Below are positions 9,670 to 19,674 of a stretch of DNA of 64,000 nt, piece by piece. The position numbers and the translations under genes were made by a program. The notes under the pieces were generated by a model, which made no database searches, was not told the origin of the DNA, and was given only the letters and a program-made list of their open reading frames with translations. Source of the DNA: an uncultured delta proteobacterium (GTDB lineage Bacteria > Desulfobacterota > RBG-13-43-22); NCBI GenBank assembly GCA_963843145.1, contig CAWJJC010000012.1:160001-224000 (forward strand), read 5' to 3'. Each line of letters starts with the position of its first letter. Positions within the stretch are counted from its first letter, which is position 1.

Positions 9670-10437
9670 TTATTCGCCGGCGGCCAATAGGGCCGCGCCA
9701 TAGGCGCCGACCGTTTCCGGGGTTTCCGGGATGAAGATTTCCGTATCCAGTTCCCGTCTCAACAATTCCACCAGACCCACGTTTCGGGCCACTCCGCCGA
9801 CGAGCAGCACTTCCTTTTCCATCCCTACCCTCCGGACCAGGGAGACGATCCGGTCGGCGATGGCCTCGTGAACGGCCCGGGCGATATCCGGCTTGGGAGT
9901 CTGGGAATGAATCAGAGTGACCAGCTCCGATTCGGCAAATACGGCGCATTGAGCGTTCATGGCCACGGCTCTGGTAGATAGCAACGAAAGCGGCCCTAAC
10001 TGTTCAATGGTCACTTCCAGCGCCCGGGCCATGGCTTCGGTAAAGGCCCCGGTCCCGGCAGCGCATTTTTCATTGATGGCGAAGTCCACCACCTTACCGC
10101 CGGCGTCGATCCTGATGGCCCGTGCTTCTTCGGCCCCCACGTCGATGACGGTTCGGATGCGCGACTCCAATCCGATAGCGCCTCTGGCCACTGCCGAAAC
10201 CTCGCTGACCTGGTCGTGGGCTTCGGAAACTTCTTTCCTCCCGGCGCCGGTGGAGAGGATCCGATCTATTTGATTTAACTGGACCCCGGCCTGGGGCAGG
10301 GCGTCCGCCCAGGCGGCCTGCGTCGATTCCTTGAGGTCATATCCAACCGGGATAATGGTTTGGCCTATAATCAGGTTATCCTTTAAAAGGATGATTTTGA
10401 TGGTTTTCGCGCCCACATCCACGCCCGCTGTAAACAT
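9670..10437 (-). CDS. bzdP: Benzoyl-CoA reductase subunit P-like / acyl-CoA dehydratase activase
   Basis: GVDVGAKTIK, TGAGR, DVGAEEAR, NEKCAAGTG and AQCAVFAESE; paired with bzdQ. Confidence 0.7.
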   Translation of the reverse strand: MFTAGVDVGAKTIKIILLKDNLIIGQTIIPVGYDLKESTQAAWADALPQAGVQLNQIDRILSTGAGRKEVSEAHDQVSEVSAVARGAIGLESRIRTVIDVGAEEARAIRIDAGGKVVDFAINEKCAAGTGAFTEAMARALEVTIEQLGPLSLLSTRAVAMNAQCAVFAESELVTLIHSQTPKPDIARAVHEAIADRIVSLVRRVGMEKEVLLVGGVARNVGLVELLRRELDTEIFIPETPETVGAYGAALLAAGE

Positions 10438-10457
10438 GATGTTCTTCCTCTTTTATT

Positions 10458-10535
10458 CAAAAGGTCTTCCGGCGGCACTATTTCCAGAAAGGCTTCCAGG
10501 CGAATTTCAAACTGGCCGATGTCTAGTTCCGGCAG
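10458..10535 (-). pseudogene. 3' remnant of a BzdN/BcrC/HgdB-family catalytic subunit
   Basis: Intergenic minus strand reads LPELDIGQFEIRLEAFLEIVPPEDLL. This matches the GQ...R.EAF.E C-terminal motif of the family and sits where such a gene would end, just before the bzdP RBS. Confidence 0.65.
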
Positions 10536-10714
10536 ACTACCATGCCTCTTATTGTTTTGTCCAGTGGTTGGGCAGGGTTATGGTAGGCGGGGACCACGGT
10601 CTGCGGTCCGAGGCGATGGACCGCTTCGGACCGATTTACGGATTTACGGAGGGCTGACGGACCAGGCGCATAATCCCGTTTTTGATTTTGTTCCGGAACG
10701 GTATGCAGCCTGGC

Positions 10715-11329
10715 CTATTCCTCTGATTCGGGTTCGGAGGAGGCCGGGGGAGATAGGAACGCTTGGGTCAGAACATAAGCGGCTTGAACGGCCTCAGTAG
10801 GACAAAGCGGAAAGCATTCTTTGCAGTTCCAGCACTCCTTAGCGGCTATTTCCGGAATAAAGCTGATCTCCTTCCATATACCCCGGTCAATAAACCCCAC
10901 GGCGTTCTTCTTCTTGACCTCGGCACAGTAGCGTACGCACAGACCACAATGAATGCAAAAGGAGGCCTCTTTTTCAAACCGGTCTTTGTCGGCCCCGTAC
11001 TCTCGAGCCAAATCCTGCAGATCAAAGGCATCCGGAGCATGAGCCAATAACAACTGCAGGATCATTTTGCGGATTCTATCCACTTTCGGAGACCTGGTTC
11101 TGACGACTAAATTTTTTTCCACCGGGTAAACGCAGGAAACAACCAGTCTGGTCCCACCGCGACTCTCCAATTCCACAAGGCACAGCCGGCAACCTCCAAA
11201 AGGCTCTAATTTTTCGTGGTAACAAAGTGTCGGAATCGAAATTCCCGCACTTCGGGCGGCTTCCAAAAGGGTCATTCCTTCCTGGGCGCTGACTTCTTTT
11301 CCGTCAATTTGCAATAGGATTTCGCTCAT
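10715..11329 (-). CDS. bamI: Class II BCR subunit I (NuoG-like 2Fe-2S/4Fe-4S)
   Basis: IPTLCYH, GGCRLC, VVSC, CIHCGLCVRYC and CWNCKECFPLCP; last gene of the bam operon. Confidence 0.85.
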   Translation of the reverse strand: MSEILLQIDGKEVSAQEGMTLLEAARSAGISIPTLCYHEKLEPFGGCRLCLVELESRGGTRLVVSCVYPVEKNLVVRTRSPKVDRIRKMILQLLLAHAPDAFDLQDLAREYGADKDRFEKEASFCIHCGLCVRYCAEVKKKNAVGFIDRGIWKEISFIPEIAAKECWNCKECFPLCPTEAVQAAYVLTQAFLSPPASSEPESEE

Positions 11330-13254
11330 TTTTTCTTACTCTCCCGGACTATCGTTCGCGCTTCTTCGGGAACAGGGGGCGGCACCGGCTCGCCGGAAAT
11401 CTTGTTCACCGAGCGAAAGCGAGGGGGGCAGACTTCAAAGCAGGTTCCGCATTTGGTGCACTTCTCCTGGTCAATGACATGGATCCGGTTCTTGCCCCCT
11501 TCAATCGCTCCGGCCGGGCACTTCTTCAGACAAATCATACAGGCCTGACACTTCGCCGGGTCTATATGGTAGGCAATCAGCTCCTTGCAGGACAAGGCCG
11601 GGCATCTTTTCTCCTTGATGTGGGCCTCGTACTCATCCCGGAAGTAGCGTAACGTGCTTAGAAACGGGTTCGGAGCGCTCTTGCCCAAAGCACAAAGGGC
11701 GGCTTCCTTGGCCGTCTCGGATAGCTCTTCCAGGAGCTCGATGTCACCCTCTTGGCCTTTTCCCTGGGTGATCTTCGTGAGAATCTTCAGCATCTGCCGC
11801 AGGCCTTCACGGCAGGGCACGCATTTGCCGCAGGATTCATCGGTGAGGAAGTTCATGAAGTACCTGGAAACATCCACCATGCAGGTAGTTTCATCCATCA
11901 CGATCATCCCACCGGATCCCATCATGGAACCGACCTGGGTGAGTTCATCAAAACCGACCGGCAGATCCAACAATTCCTCCGGGATGCAGCCGCCCGACGG
12001 TCCTCCGGTCTGCACGGCTTTGAAGCGCTTGCCGCCCGGAATGCCCCCGCCTATCTTGAAGATAATATCCCTCAGGGACGTGCCCATGGGTACTTCCACC
12101 AGGCCGGTATTGGTGATCTTGCCGACCAGGGAGAAAATCTTGGTGCCCTTGCTGCTCTCCGTACCATATTGGGTAAACCAGTCCGCCCCTTTATCGATGA
12201 TCAAGGGCACATTGGCCCAGGTCTCCACATTGTTCAAAACGCTGGGTTTACCCCAGAGGCCCACGATGTTGGAGCGGATATATTTCGGTCGGGGCTCTCC
12301 GACCCGGCCTTCCAGGGCCGTCATCAGCGCCGTTGATTCGCCACAGACAAAAGCTCCCGCCCCCTGATGCACGATCACTTTGAAATCAAAGCCCGTGCCC
12401 AGGATGTTCCGGCCCAGCAGGCCGTACTCCTCCGCCTGCCGGATGGCGAGAAAGACGTTTTCCACGGCTAAAGGGTATTCCTGTCGAACGTAGATATAGC
12501 CCTCGTGGGCGCCGACGGCATAGGCCCCGATGGTCAGCCCTTCGAGAACGGCGTGGGGATTCCCCTCGAGCAGGCTCCGGTCCATGTAGGCCCCCGGGTC
12601 CCCCTCGTCGGCATTGACGATTACATATTTAATCTCCTCCGGGGCATTGCGGGATCCTTCCCACTTGCGCCCGGCAGGAAAGCCGCCGCCCCCCCGCCCT
12701 CGCAGGTTGGCTTTCTTGACTTCCTGCAACACCTGATCGGAGGTCATTCCGGAAAGGGCTTTGGCCAAGGCGGAATACCCGCCAATAGCCAGATAATCAT
12801 CGATATTTTTGGGATCCACACTGCCGTTGGAACCGAAGACCAGCCGCTTCTGGTATTTGTAGAAGGGGATGTCTCCTTCATGAACGATCTTTTCCTGGGT
12901 GTCAGGGTCGGTATAGAGCAGACGTTCGATGACCTTCTTCTCTTTGATCGTCTGGGAGAGTATCTCCGGAACATCCTCCGGCTTTATCTGGAAATAACAT
13001 ATTTCCTCGGGATGGATAACGATAATGGGACCCCGCTCACAAAAACCGTGACAGCCGGTTTTCCGCAGGTCCACCGCAGCGCCTAAGCCTTGTTTCTCAA
13101 TCTCTTCTTCGATGCGCGCCGCGACTTCCCGGCTGCCGGAAGCATGGCAAGCCGATCCGGAGCAGAGGGTGATGCACGGTTTTTGGGGATCTCGGGTCGA
13201 AAGGATTTCCTTCCGGATTGCTTCCAATTCAGCGGGTGAATTTATCCGCGCCAT
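11326..13254 (-). CDS. bamH: Class II BCR subunit H (NuoF-like FMN/NADH-binding)
   Basis: LRGRGGGGF, NADEGDPGA, GAFVCGE, ESCGKCVPCREG and a C-terminal 2x[4Fe-4S] domain. Confidence 0.9.
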   Translation of the reverse strand: MARINSPAELEAIRKEILSTRDPQKPCITLCSGSACHASGSREVAARIEEEIEKQGLGAAVDLRKTGCHGFCERGPIIVIHPEEICYFQIKPEDVPEILSQTIKEKKVIERLLYTDPDTQEKIVHEGDIPFYKYQKRLVFGSNGSVDPKNIDDYLAIGGYSALAKALSGMTSDQVLQEVKKANLRGRGGGGFPAGRKWEGSRNAPEEIKYVIVNADEGDPGAYMDRSLLEGNPHAVLEGLTIGAYAVGAHEGYIYVRQEYPLAVENVFLAIRQAEEYGLLGRNILGTGFDFKVIVHQGAGAFVCGESTALMTALEGRVGEPRPKYIRSNIVGLWGKPSVLNNVETWANVPLIIDKGADWFTQYGTESSKGTKIFSLVGKITNTGLVEVPMGTSLRDIIFKIGGGIPGGKRFKAVQTGGPSGGCIPEELLDLPVGFDELTQVGSMMGSGGMIVMDETTCMVDVSRYFMNFLTDESCGKCVPCREGLRQMLKILTKITQGKGQEGDIELLEELSETAKEAALCALGKSAPNPFLSTLRYFRDEYEAHIKEKRCPALSCKELIAYHIDPAKCQACMICLKKCPAGAIEGGKNRIHVIDQEKCTKCGTCFEVCPPRFRSVNKISGEPVPPPVPEEARTIVRESKKK

Positions 13255-13263
13255 AATTCTTCC

Positions 13264-13716
13264 TTACTCATAATTTTTTAACACGTTGGCTGCCTCGGCC
13301 GGCGCCATCTTACCGTGGGTTTTTCCATCGATTTCCATCACCGGTCCCAAAGCACAGCAGCCGAGGCAGTTGACGGTCTGCAGGCTGAACTTCAAATCCA
13401 GGTCCGATTCCCCGGGGTGAATGCCGGTCAGGTCCTGCACCGTATCAAGAACCCTCTGGGCTCCACGGACATGACAGGCCGTCCCCAAGCAAATGTGAAT
13501 TTCATGACGCCCCTTCGGGACCAGGCTGAAGGCTTTATAAAAGGTGGCGATATGCTGGATGCGGGTCATGGGAACCTGTAGCCGTTCGGCGACCCGCCCC
13601 AAAATTTCCTGGGGAAGCCAATGTTTTTCGGCCTGAATCTCCAGCAGTACCTGAATGAGCGAACTGGGCTCACCGTGATGTTTATCGATGATTTGATCGA
13701 TTCTCTCGTTATCCAT
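13264..13716 (-). CDS. bamG: Class II BCR subunit G (NuoE-like 2Fe-2S)
   Basis: ATFY, CLGTACH and CLGCCALGP. Confidence 0.9.
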   Translation of the reverse strand: MDNERIDQIIDKHHGEPSSLIQVLLEIQAEKHWLPQEILGRVAERLQVPMTRIQHIATFYKAFSLVPKGRHEIHICLGTACHVRGAQRVLDTVQDLTGIHPGESDLDLKFSLQTVNCLGCCALGPVMEIDGKTHGKMAPAEAANVLKNYE

Positions 13717-13770
13717 AGCCTTTGTTCCTGATCTCCCTCTGGCTCTTAAGGCAACGCGCGCTCTTGCATC

Positions 13771-14538
13771 TCAGGAGAGCGCATAGCGCTTCAGGCTTTC
13801 ATCATACCGCACCAGTCGATGTTTGGATGAAATCCCCAGGTGTTTTGATACTTCAGACGGGGTAAGACCTATACCCTGGGCGATTTCTCCGGTGGTGAGG
13901 GGCCCTTTTCGCAGGAGCGACACAATCTGGCCTATAGCCAATTTTTCTATAATGGTCTCATCAAATATCCGCTTCAGTTCGTCACTGTCAAAAAACTTCT
14001 GGTACGCCTCTTCTGCCAGGGCGGGTAACCTCAGCCGCTCCCTTTCCACCAGTCTAATGTAGGGGATGAGTTCGGTCACCACCCCCAGCTTGAGCTGCAA
14101 TCCTTTGGCCTCCAGGCCTTCGCCTTCGCCGAGCGGTCCCAATTCCTTCACCTGCTTGATAAAATCATTGACCGATTCAACAAAAAGGCCTCCTTCGGCG
14201 CCGGACATAAATTGAATCTTTAACCTTTCCGGCCTCAACCCGAGGTGCTCCATAATTTTCTTGCTGATATGCACCATGGTCAAGGCATGGTAGTTCCCGT
14301 GGGTGATGTAGTTGCATTCATTGAGATGGCAGGCGCCAATAAATACGCCATCCGCTCCCCTGGAGAAAGCCCGGAAGACATGGGCCAGGTCGATCCTGCC
14401 GGAACACATGACGCGAATAAGCCTCATTTCGGTGGAATATTGCAGTCTGGAAACTCCAGCCAGGTCCGCGGCGCCGTAGGCTCACCAATGGCAGACAAAA
14501 CCCAATACTTTTGGCTTAAATCTAGGTCCGGCACTCAT
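13771..14538 (-). CDS. bamF: Class II BCR subunit F, MvhD-like selenoprotein (Sec19) with C-terminal HTH-like extension
   Basis: RBS GGAGGT and ATG 14538 give MSAGPRFKPKVLGFVCHW-TGA(14484-14482)-AYGAADLAGVSRLQY, in frame with ORF 13771-14427. The UGA occupies the conserved MvhD CxWC Cys position, with hairpin CTGGA-GTT-TCCAG downstream. Confidence 0.9.
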
Positions 14539-14556
14539 TCGTTCCTACCTCCGTAC

Positions 14557-14637
14557 TTAGATTCTTACCTCCGTTGTTCTGAGAATTTGTCTTTAACAAT
14601 GGAGGTAAGAATCTAAATTTCAAATATTTTTGGCTAG
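14557..14637 (-). repeat. Dispersed bipartite palindromic element, copy A (internally shortened)
   Basis: 60-bp inverted repeat TTAGATTCTTACCTCCRTTGTT..AACAATGGAGGTAAGAATCTAA plus a CTAGCCAAAAAT end; homologous to 37661 and 49752. Confidence 0.9.
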
Positions 14638-14666
14638 CCTTTCCGGCTTTAGTCCTGCACAGGCTT

Positions 14667-17600
14667 CTAGGCATTTACAGCCGCCGCCATAGGTTCAATG
14701 ATCATTTCATCGGAAATCGCCGCGTCAATTTCGCTCAAGATCTCTTCGTCGGTAAAGTGTTTTAGAAAAATGGCACTGGTGGCGCACTTGGTGTTGCAGA
14801 GGCCGTCGCCTTTACAGAGGACCGGATTCACCTTGGCCTTTCGGCCCTGCGGCGTCTCGTAAAACTCAATGGCGCCGTACGTGCAGGCAGTGATGCAGGC
14901 CCCGCAGGAAACACACTTCTCCTCATTCACCTCGCAGACGGCGCCGGAAGCGACAACGGTCTCATGGGAGAGGAGCGTTAAAACCCGGCCGGCGGCTCCA
15001 TAAGATTGGTTAATCGTTTCCGGAATAAACTTGGGATAATGGGCCAAACCGCAGAGGTAGACGCCGTCCGTGGCAAACTCCACCGGTCTTAATTTGACAT
15101 GGGCTTCTTTGAAGAAGCCGTCCGGGCTCAAGGTTACCTTGAAGAATCCGGCAATTTCTTTGGTGCTGGCGGAGGGAATAACCGCGGCCGCCAGGGCCAG
15201 GATATCGGCATCCAGTTCCAGCTTTTTGCCCAAGATGGAATCGGTCTGGGTAACTTTGAGAACGGGACGACCGTCCTCCGATGTCCCCGCTTCTACCTGA
15301 GGCGCATCCTGCGGCTCGTAGCGGATAAACTTGACGTCTTTATTCGAGGCTTCCCGGTAATAATCTTCTTTAAAGCCATAGGTCCTCATATCCCTGAAGA
15401 GTATGGTGATATCCATCTGCGGGTTAAGCTCTTTCAGTTTCAAGGCATGCTTGACGGACTGGCTGCAACAAATCCGGCTGCAATAATTCCGGTCTTGATT
15501 TCGGCAGCCGATGCATTGGATCATCACCAGACTCTGGGAGTTAATCACCCGTTCATCTCCTAGAGCGATCCGCCCTTCCAGCTCCAGGTGCGTCAGAACC
15601 CGGTCATCTTCTCCATACAAGTATTCCGTCGGTCGGTAAACCTCGGCCCCGGTGGCGATGACGGCGGCGCCATGTCGTATCTCGGTGACCCCTCGGTCGG
15701 ATTTCACTTTGGTGACGAAACTCCCGATATAGCCGGTCGCTTCGGTGATGGTCGCCTCGGTATAGACATGGATCAAGGGGTGCCGATACACCCGACTCAC
15801 CAGTTCCCGCACCTGGGCCTGGACGTCCAGGCCTTCCAGGGTATAATGGATTTTTCGGGCGATCCCCCCCAAATCGGTTTCCTTTTCCACCAGGTGCACC
15901 TCGTGCCCCTGTTCGGCAATGGAAAGCGCACAGGTCAGGCCGGCCAGACCCCCGCCGACCACCAAGGCCGCCCTGTTGACCGGCAGATCAAATTCCTGCA
16001 GCGGCTCCAGGTGACAGGCGCGGGCCACCGACATGCGGATGATATCTTTGGCTTTCTGGGTGGCTTCTTCCTTTTCCTTCGAGTGAACCCAGGAGTTATG
16101 CTCTCGGATATTCGCCATGTCTAAATAATATTGATTGATTCCCGCCTCCCGTAGGGTGTCCCGGAATAACGGTTCCAGGGTCCGGGGGGAGCAGGCAGCG
16201 ACAATGACGCGATTGAGCCCTTTTTCCCTGGTCAGGTCCGTTATTTCTTTGGCCGAATTCGTCGCACAGGAAAAAACCTGATTCTGAGCGTGGACCACAT
16301 TGGGCAGGGATTTGCAATACTCGACCGTGTCGGGAACATTTACCACGGAGGAGATATTCGCCCCGCAATGACAGACAAAGACTCCGATCCGCGGCTCCTC
16401 TTGGGAAACATCCCTTTCCGGGGGATAGATTCTTTCCCGGGTCAGCTTCCCGCGCCGGTAGTTCAGGAATTGGCCGCATTGGGAGCCGGCACCACTGGCG
16501 CTGAAAACCGCCTCCGGGATATCGACCGGCCCCTGGAGGGCGCCGCTGACAAAGATCCCGGGCCTGTTGGTCACCAGAGGATTGACCGGATCGAGCTTGC
16601 AAAAATTGTGGTGATTGAGTTCGATGCCGAATTTCTTGGCCAACCCCGATACCTCCGCCGGAGGGTTCAATCCGACGGATAGTACCACCATATCGAATTC
16701 TTCCTCTTGGACGCCGTCTTCGGGGGTGGCATACCGCAGGGTGACATTCTTGGTTTCCGGGATCTCTTTTCCTAGAGATACATAGCTTCTGATAAAGCGA
16801 ACCCCGGGGAGGTTCTCGGCCCTTTGGTAGTAGCGTTCGAAATCCTTCCCGAAGGAACGAATATCGTTATGGAATATGGTACATTCGGCCTCCGGGTGAT
16901 GATCCTTGGTCAAAATCACCTGTTTCTGGGTATAGGTGCAACAGACGGCGGAACAATAGCTGTTACCGCCCGGAGGGTTGATCTGTCTGGAACCGACGCA
17001 TTGGATCCAGGCGATTTTACGGGGATGCTTCAGGTCGGAAGCACGCAGTATCTCACCAGCGTAGGCCCCGGTGGAGGATAAGAGCCGTTCATAGTCCATA
17101 CTGGTCACCACGTTTTGGAACTCTCCGTAGTGATAATCTCCCCGTACCTTAGGGTCAAAGGGCTCGAGGCCGAGGGAGAGAATGATCGCCGCAACCTTCA
17201 GCTCCAGCTTCTCCGGCACTTGATGGAAATCGATGGCCTTATTTTCGCACACGCCTTCGCAGATACGACATTTCTTCTCCTTCAGATATAGACAGCTTTC
17301 GTCGATATAGGAGACCAGGGGAATGGCCTGGGAGAAGTAGATATGAACGGCTTTATTCTCCGATATTTCCTGATTAAATGGATCGGGGTATAATACCGGG
17401 CAGTATTTCACGCAAGTGGTACAACCCGTGCATTGATCCTCTTTGATATATCTTGGTTTTCTGGTCAGGGAGACCGTAAAATCTCCCGCTTCCCCTTCGA
17501 TACCGTTCACTTCAGTATACGTCAGGACCTCGATGTTGGGATGCCGGCCGACCTCGACCAGTTTGGGTGACAGGATTCACATGGAGCAGTCATTGGTGGG

Positions 17601-17792
17601 AAAGGTCTTGTCCAATTGGGCCATGTGGCCCCCGATGCTCGGTGCCTTCTCAACCAGGTAGACCCTAAAACCCGCCGTGGCCAGATCGAGTGAGGCTTGA
17701 ATACCGCTGATCCCTCCACCGACAACCAGGACGTCGCCGAAAGTCCCGGCGTCGAGACTATTCGCCTGCTGTTCCGTCTGTTCTTTTTCCAC
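14667..17792 (-). CDS. bamE: Class II BCR subunit E, HdrA-like flavo-Fe/S selenoprotein (Sec72)
   Basis: ORFs 17577-17792 and 14667-17510 share a frame and are joined by one TGA (17579-17577): [17 protein letters not shown]. The HdrA at 60294 has Cys at this site (DCSICIL). Two FAD-binding GGG motifs; hairpin CTGGTCG-AGGT-CGGCCGG starts 15 nt after the UGA. Confidence 0.92.
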
Positions 17793-17824
17793 TTCTCTTT
17801 CCCTCTTCAGGTTTCTCGGGTTAA

Positions 17825-18976
17825 TTATATTGTTTCATTAATGATTTCAGTGAGATCCTTCACCTCGAGGCGTTCGCTAAGCTCCAGAGTCAACCGGCTG
17901 TCTTCGAACATGGTAATGCAGTAGGGGCAGGCGGTCACCAGCACTTCGGCCCCAACCCCCAAGGCTTGTTCCAGGCGGAGTTCGGAAAATCGTTCACCCT
18001 TTGGCGTCTCCATCCAGATCCGGCCGCCGCCTCCTCCGCAACAGAGGCTGTCAACCCGTGAATCCGGCAGTTCCATCAGCTCCAACCCGGGGATTTTCTT
18101 TAAGGCCTCCCGGGGCTCGTCAAATATACCATTATGGCGACCCAGGTAGCAGGGGTCATGATACGCCACTTTTCTTCCATATTCCTTTTTGATCTCCAAC
18201 CTCCCTGTCTGAAGCAGCTCGAATAAATACTGGGAGATGTGAATGACCTCAAAATTCACCTGGAATTCCGGATACTCATTCTTGAAGGTATGGTAGCAGT
18301 GGGGGGAGGAAACCAGGATTTTTTTCACCCCATGATCGATGAAGGTTTTGATGTTTTCCCGGGCCAGGCGTTTGAATAATTCCTCATCGCCCGCCTTGCG
18401 GATGCTTTCTCCGCAGCAATTTTCCTTCGTGCCCAGTATCCCAAAGTCCACCCCGGCTTGATTGAGCAGAGCGGCTGTGGCCCGGGCCACCTTTTTTAAC
18501 CTGGGATCATAGCTGAGGTAACAACCGGGGAAATATAAAATTTCCATCCCCTCGGTGAAGGGTTTGACCGACAGTCCTTCCGCCCACTTGGCTCTGTCTT
18601 TTCGCGCTTCAGTCAAGGGGTTCCCTTCGTCAATGAGGCTGGCGCTGGCGGTACGCACCGGCTTGACGGCCTTCGGAAAAACTTGATATTCCGTGGCAAT
18701 CCGGCGCAGGGCGATCCCGGATTGTATCTGTTGGACGTCTCGGGGACAGCGCTGCGGGCAACGGCCGCAGGTCGTACAGCGCCAGATTTCTTCACTTTCT
18801 ATGTCCGTCAAACCGAACGTGGCCTCCCGAACGATCTTGCGTATACTGAAGTTTCTGACCCGGTTCCAGGGACAAACCGTATCGCATAATCCGCATTGAT
18901 AGCATCGCTTGAAGGCGTCTCCACCGCTCGCCTTGATGACTTCTATGATCTCTTGATAGGGGGCTACAGTCTCCAC
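17825..18976 (-). CDS. bamD: Class II BCR subunit D (HdrC/HdrB-like, CCG domains)
   Basis: [38 protein letters not shown] and LCCGGGGG. Confidence 0.9.
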   Translation of the reverse strand: METVAPYQEIIEVIKASGGDAFKRCYQCGLCDTVCPWNRVRNFSIRKIVREATFGLTDIESEEIWRCTTCGRCPQRCPRDVQQIQSGIALRRIATEYQVFPKAVKPVRTASASLIDEGNPLTEARKDRAKWAEGLSVKPFTEGMEILYFPGCYLSYDPRLKKVARATAALLNQAGVDFGILGTKENCCGESIRKAGDEELFKRLARENIKTFIDHGVKKILVSSPHCYHTFKNEYPEFQVNFEVIHISQYLFELLQTGRLEIKKEYGRKVAYHDPCYLGRHNGIFDEPREALKKIPGLELMELPDSRVDSLCCGGGGGRIWMETPKGERFSELRLEQALGVGAEVLVTACPYCITMFEDSRLTLELSERLEVKDLTEIINETI

Positions 18977-19074
18977 GGTCTTTCTCAGTCCTTTTCCCGG
19001 GGCATAAGGGGATGTTTACCCTTTCTAATCCGAAAACGGTTCTCTAAATCGTTACCAGGCGGGCTTTTAATTTC

Positions 19075-19101
19075 AGCCAAAAATTGAAAATTTTTGGCTA
19101 G
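19075..19101. repeat. Short hairpin module of the dispersed element
   Basis: AGCCAAAAATT-GAA-AATTTTTGGCTAG; its CTAG end contains the bamC stop codon. Confidence 0.75.
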
Positions 19102-19649
19102 CCCTTCTTGGACACGGACAGTCGGGCCACAGTGTCCAGGACCTTCTCCAAGCCATATTTGTCTACCAATGATTCCAACCCGATTTCCACGTCCTCGGCC
19201 TTCACCTCTTCTTCGACTTCCTCTTCCCTTTCTTCGTACGACAGGGCATTCACCAGGCACCACTTGACGCACAAGGGCTCCTCCTCGCCTTCACACATAT
19301 CGCATTTCAGCGGAAGACCGGAATCGGGTTCCTTGAAAAGATCCCGGGAGGGGCAGGAAGAGCGGCAAAAAGCACATTCGTCGTATTCTTTACCGTCAAT
19401 CACATATTTGTCCCGCCCCATACACTCGGCTTTAGCATTTTCGCCGGCGTAAACGGGAACATAAACGTCTTTCAGCGGTTCACGAATCACTCGAATACGG
19501 GACCTGGCCGGATTATTGCTGCTATATTGGGGTGCCGCGTGAAAGGCGGAGCAGGCGACCTCGCAGGCTCGGCAACCGTTGCATTTATCCACATCGACCT
19601 TTATCGTTTTAACTATTTTCTTTTTCTTCTCACCCATGACGATACCCAC
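19098..19649 (-). CDS. bamC: Class II BCR subunit C (Fe-S electron transfer)
   Basis: CNGCRACEVACSAFH, CAFCRSSCP, KCDMC and LCVKWC; immediately after bamB. Confidence 0.9.
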   Translation of the reverse strand: MGIVMGEKKKKIVKTIKVDVDKCNGCRACEVACSAFHAAPQYSSNNPARSRIRVIREPLKDVYVPVYAGENAKAECMGRDKYVIDGKEYDECAFCRSSCPSRDLFKEPDSGLPLKCDMCEGEEEPLCVKWCLVNALSYEEREEEVEEEVKAEDVEIGLESLVDKYGLEKVLDTVARLSVSKKG

Positions 19650-19674
19650 CTCTTCACTTTATTTCTCCAGCCAT

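Noticed and set aside
10715-13716. nuoEFG of respiratory complex I or a hydrogenase diaphorase
   Set aside because: No membrane nuo or hydrogenase catalytic genes; the position after bamB-F identifies them as bamGHI.
14557-14637. Palindromic element as a CRISPR repeat or attC site
   Set aside because: Copies are many kb apart, not arrayed, with no cas or integrase genes and no RYYYAAC/GTTRRRY ends.
17577-17792. Separate 71-aa gene or bamE pseudogene
   Set aside because: The single in-frame UGA sits at a conserved Cys position with a downstream hairpin, so Sec recoding explains it better.
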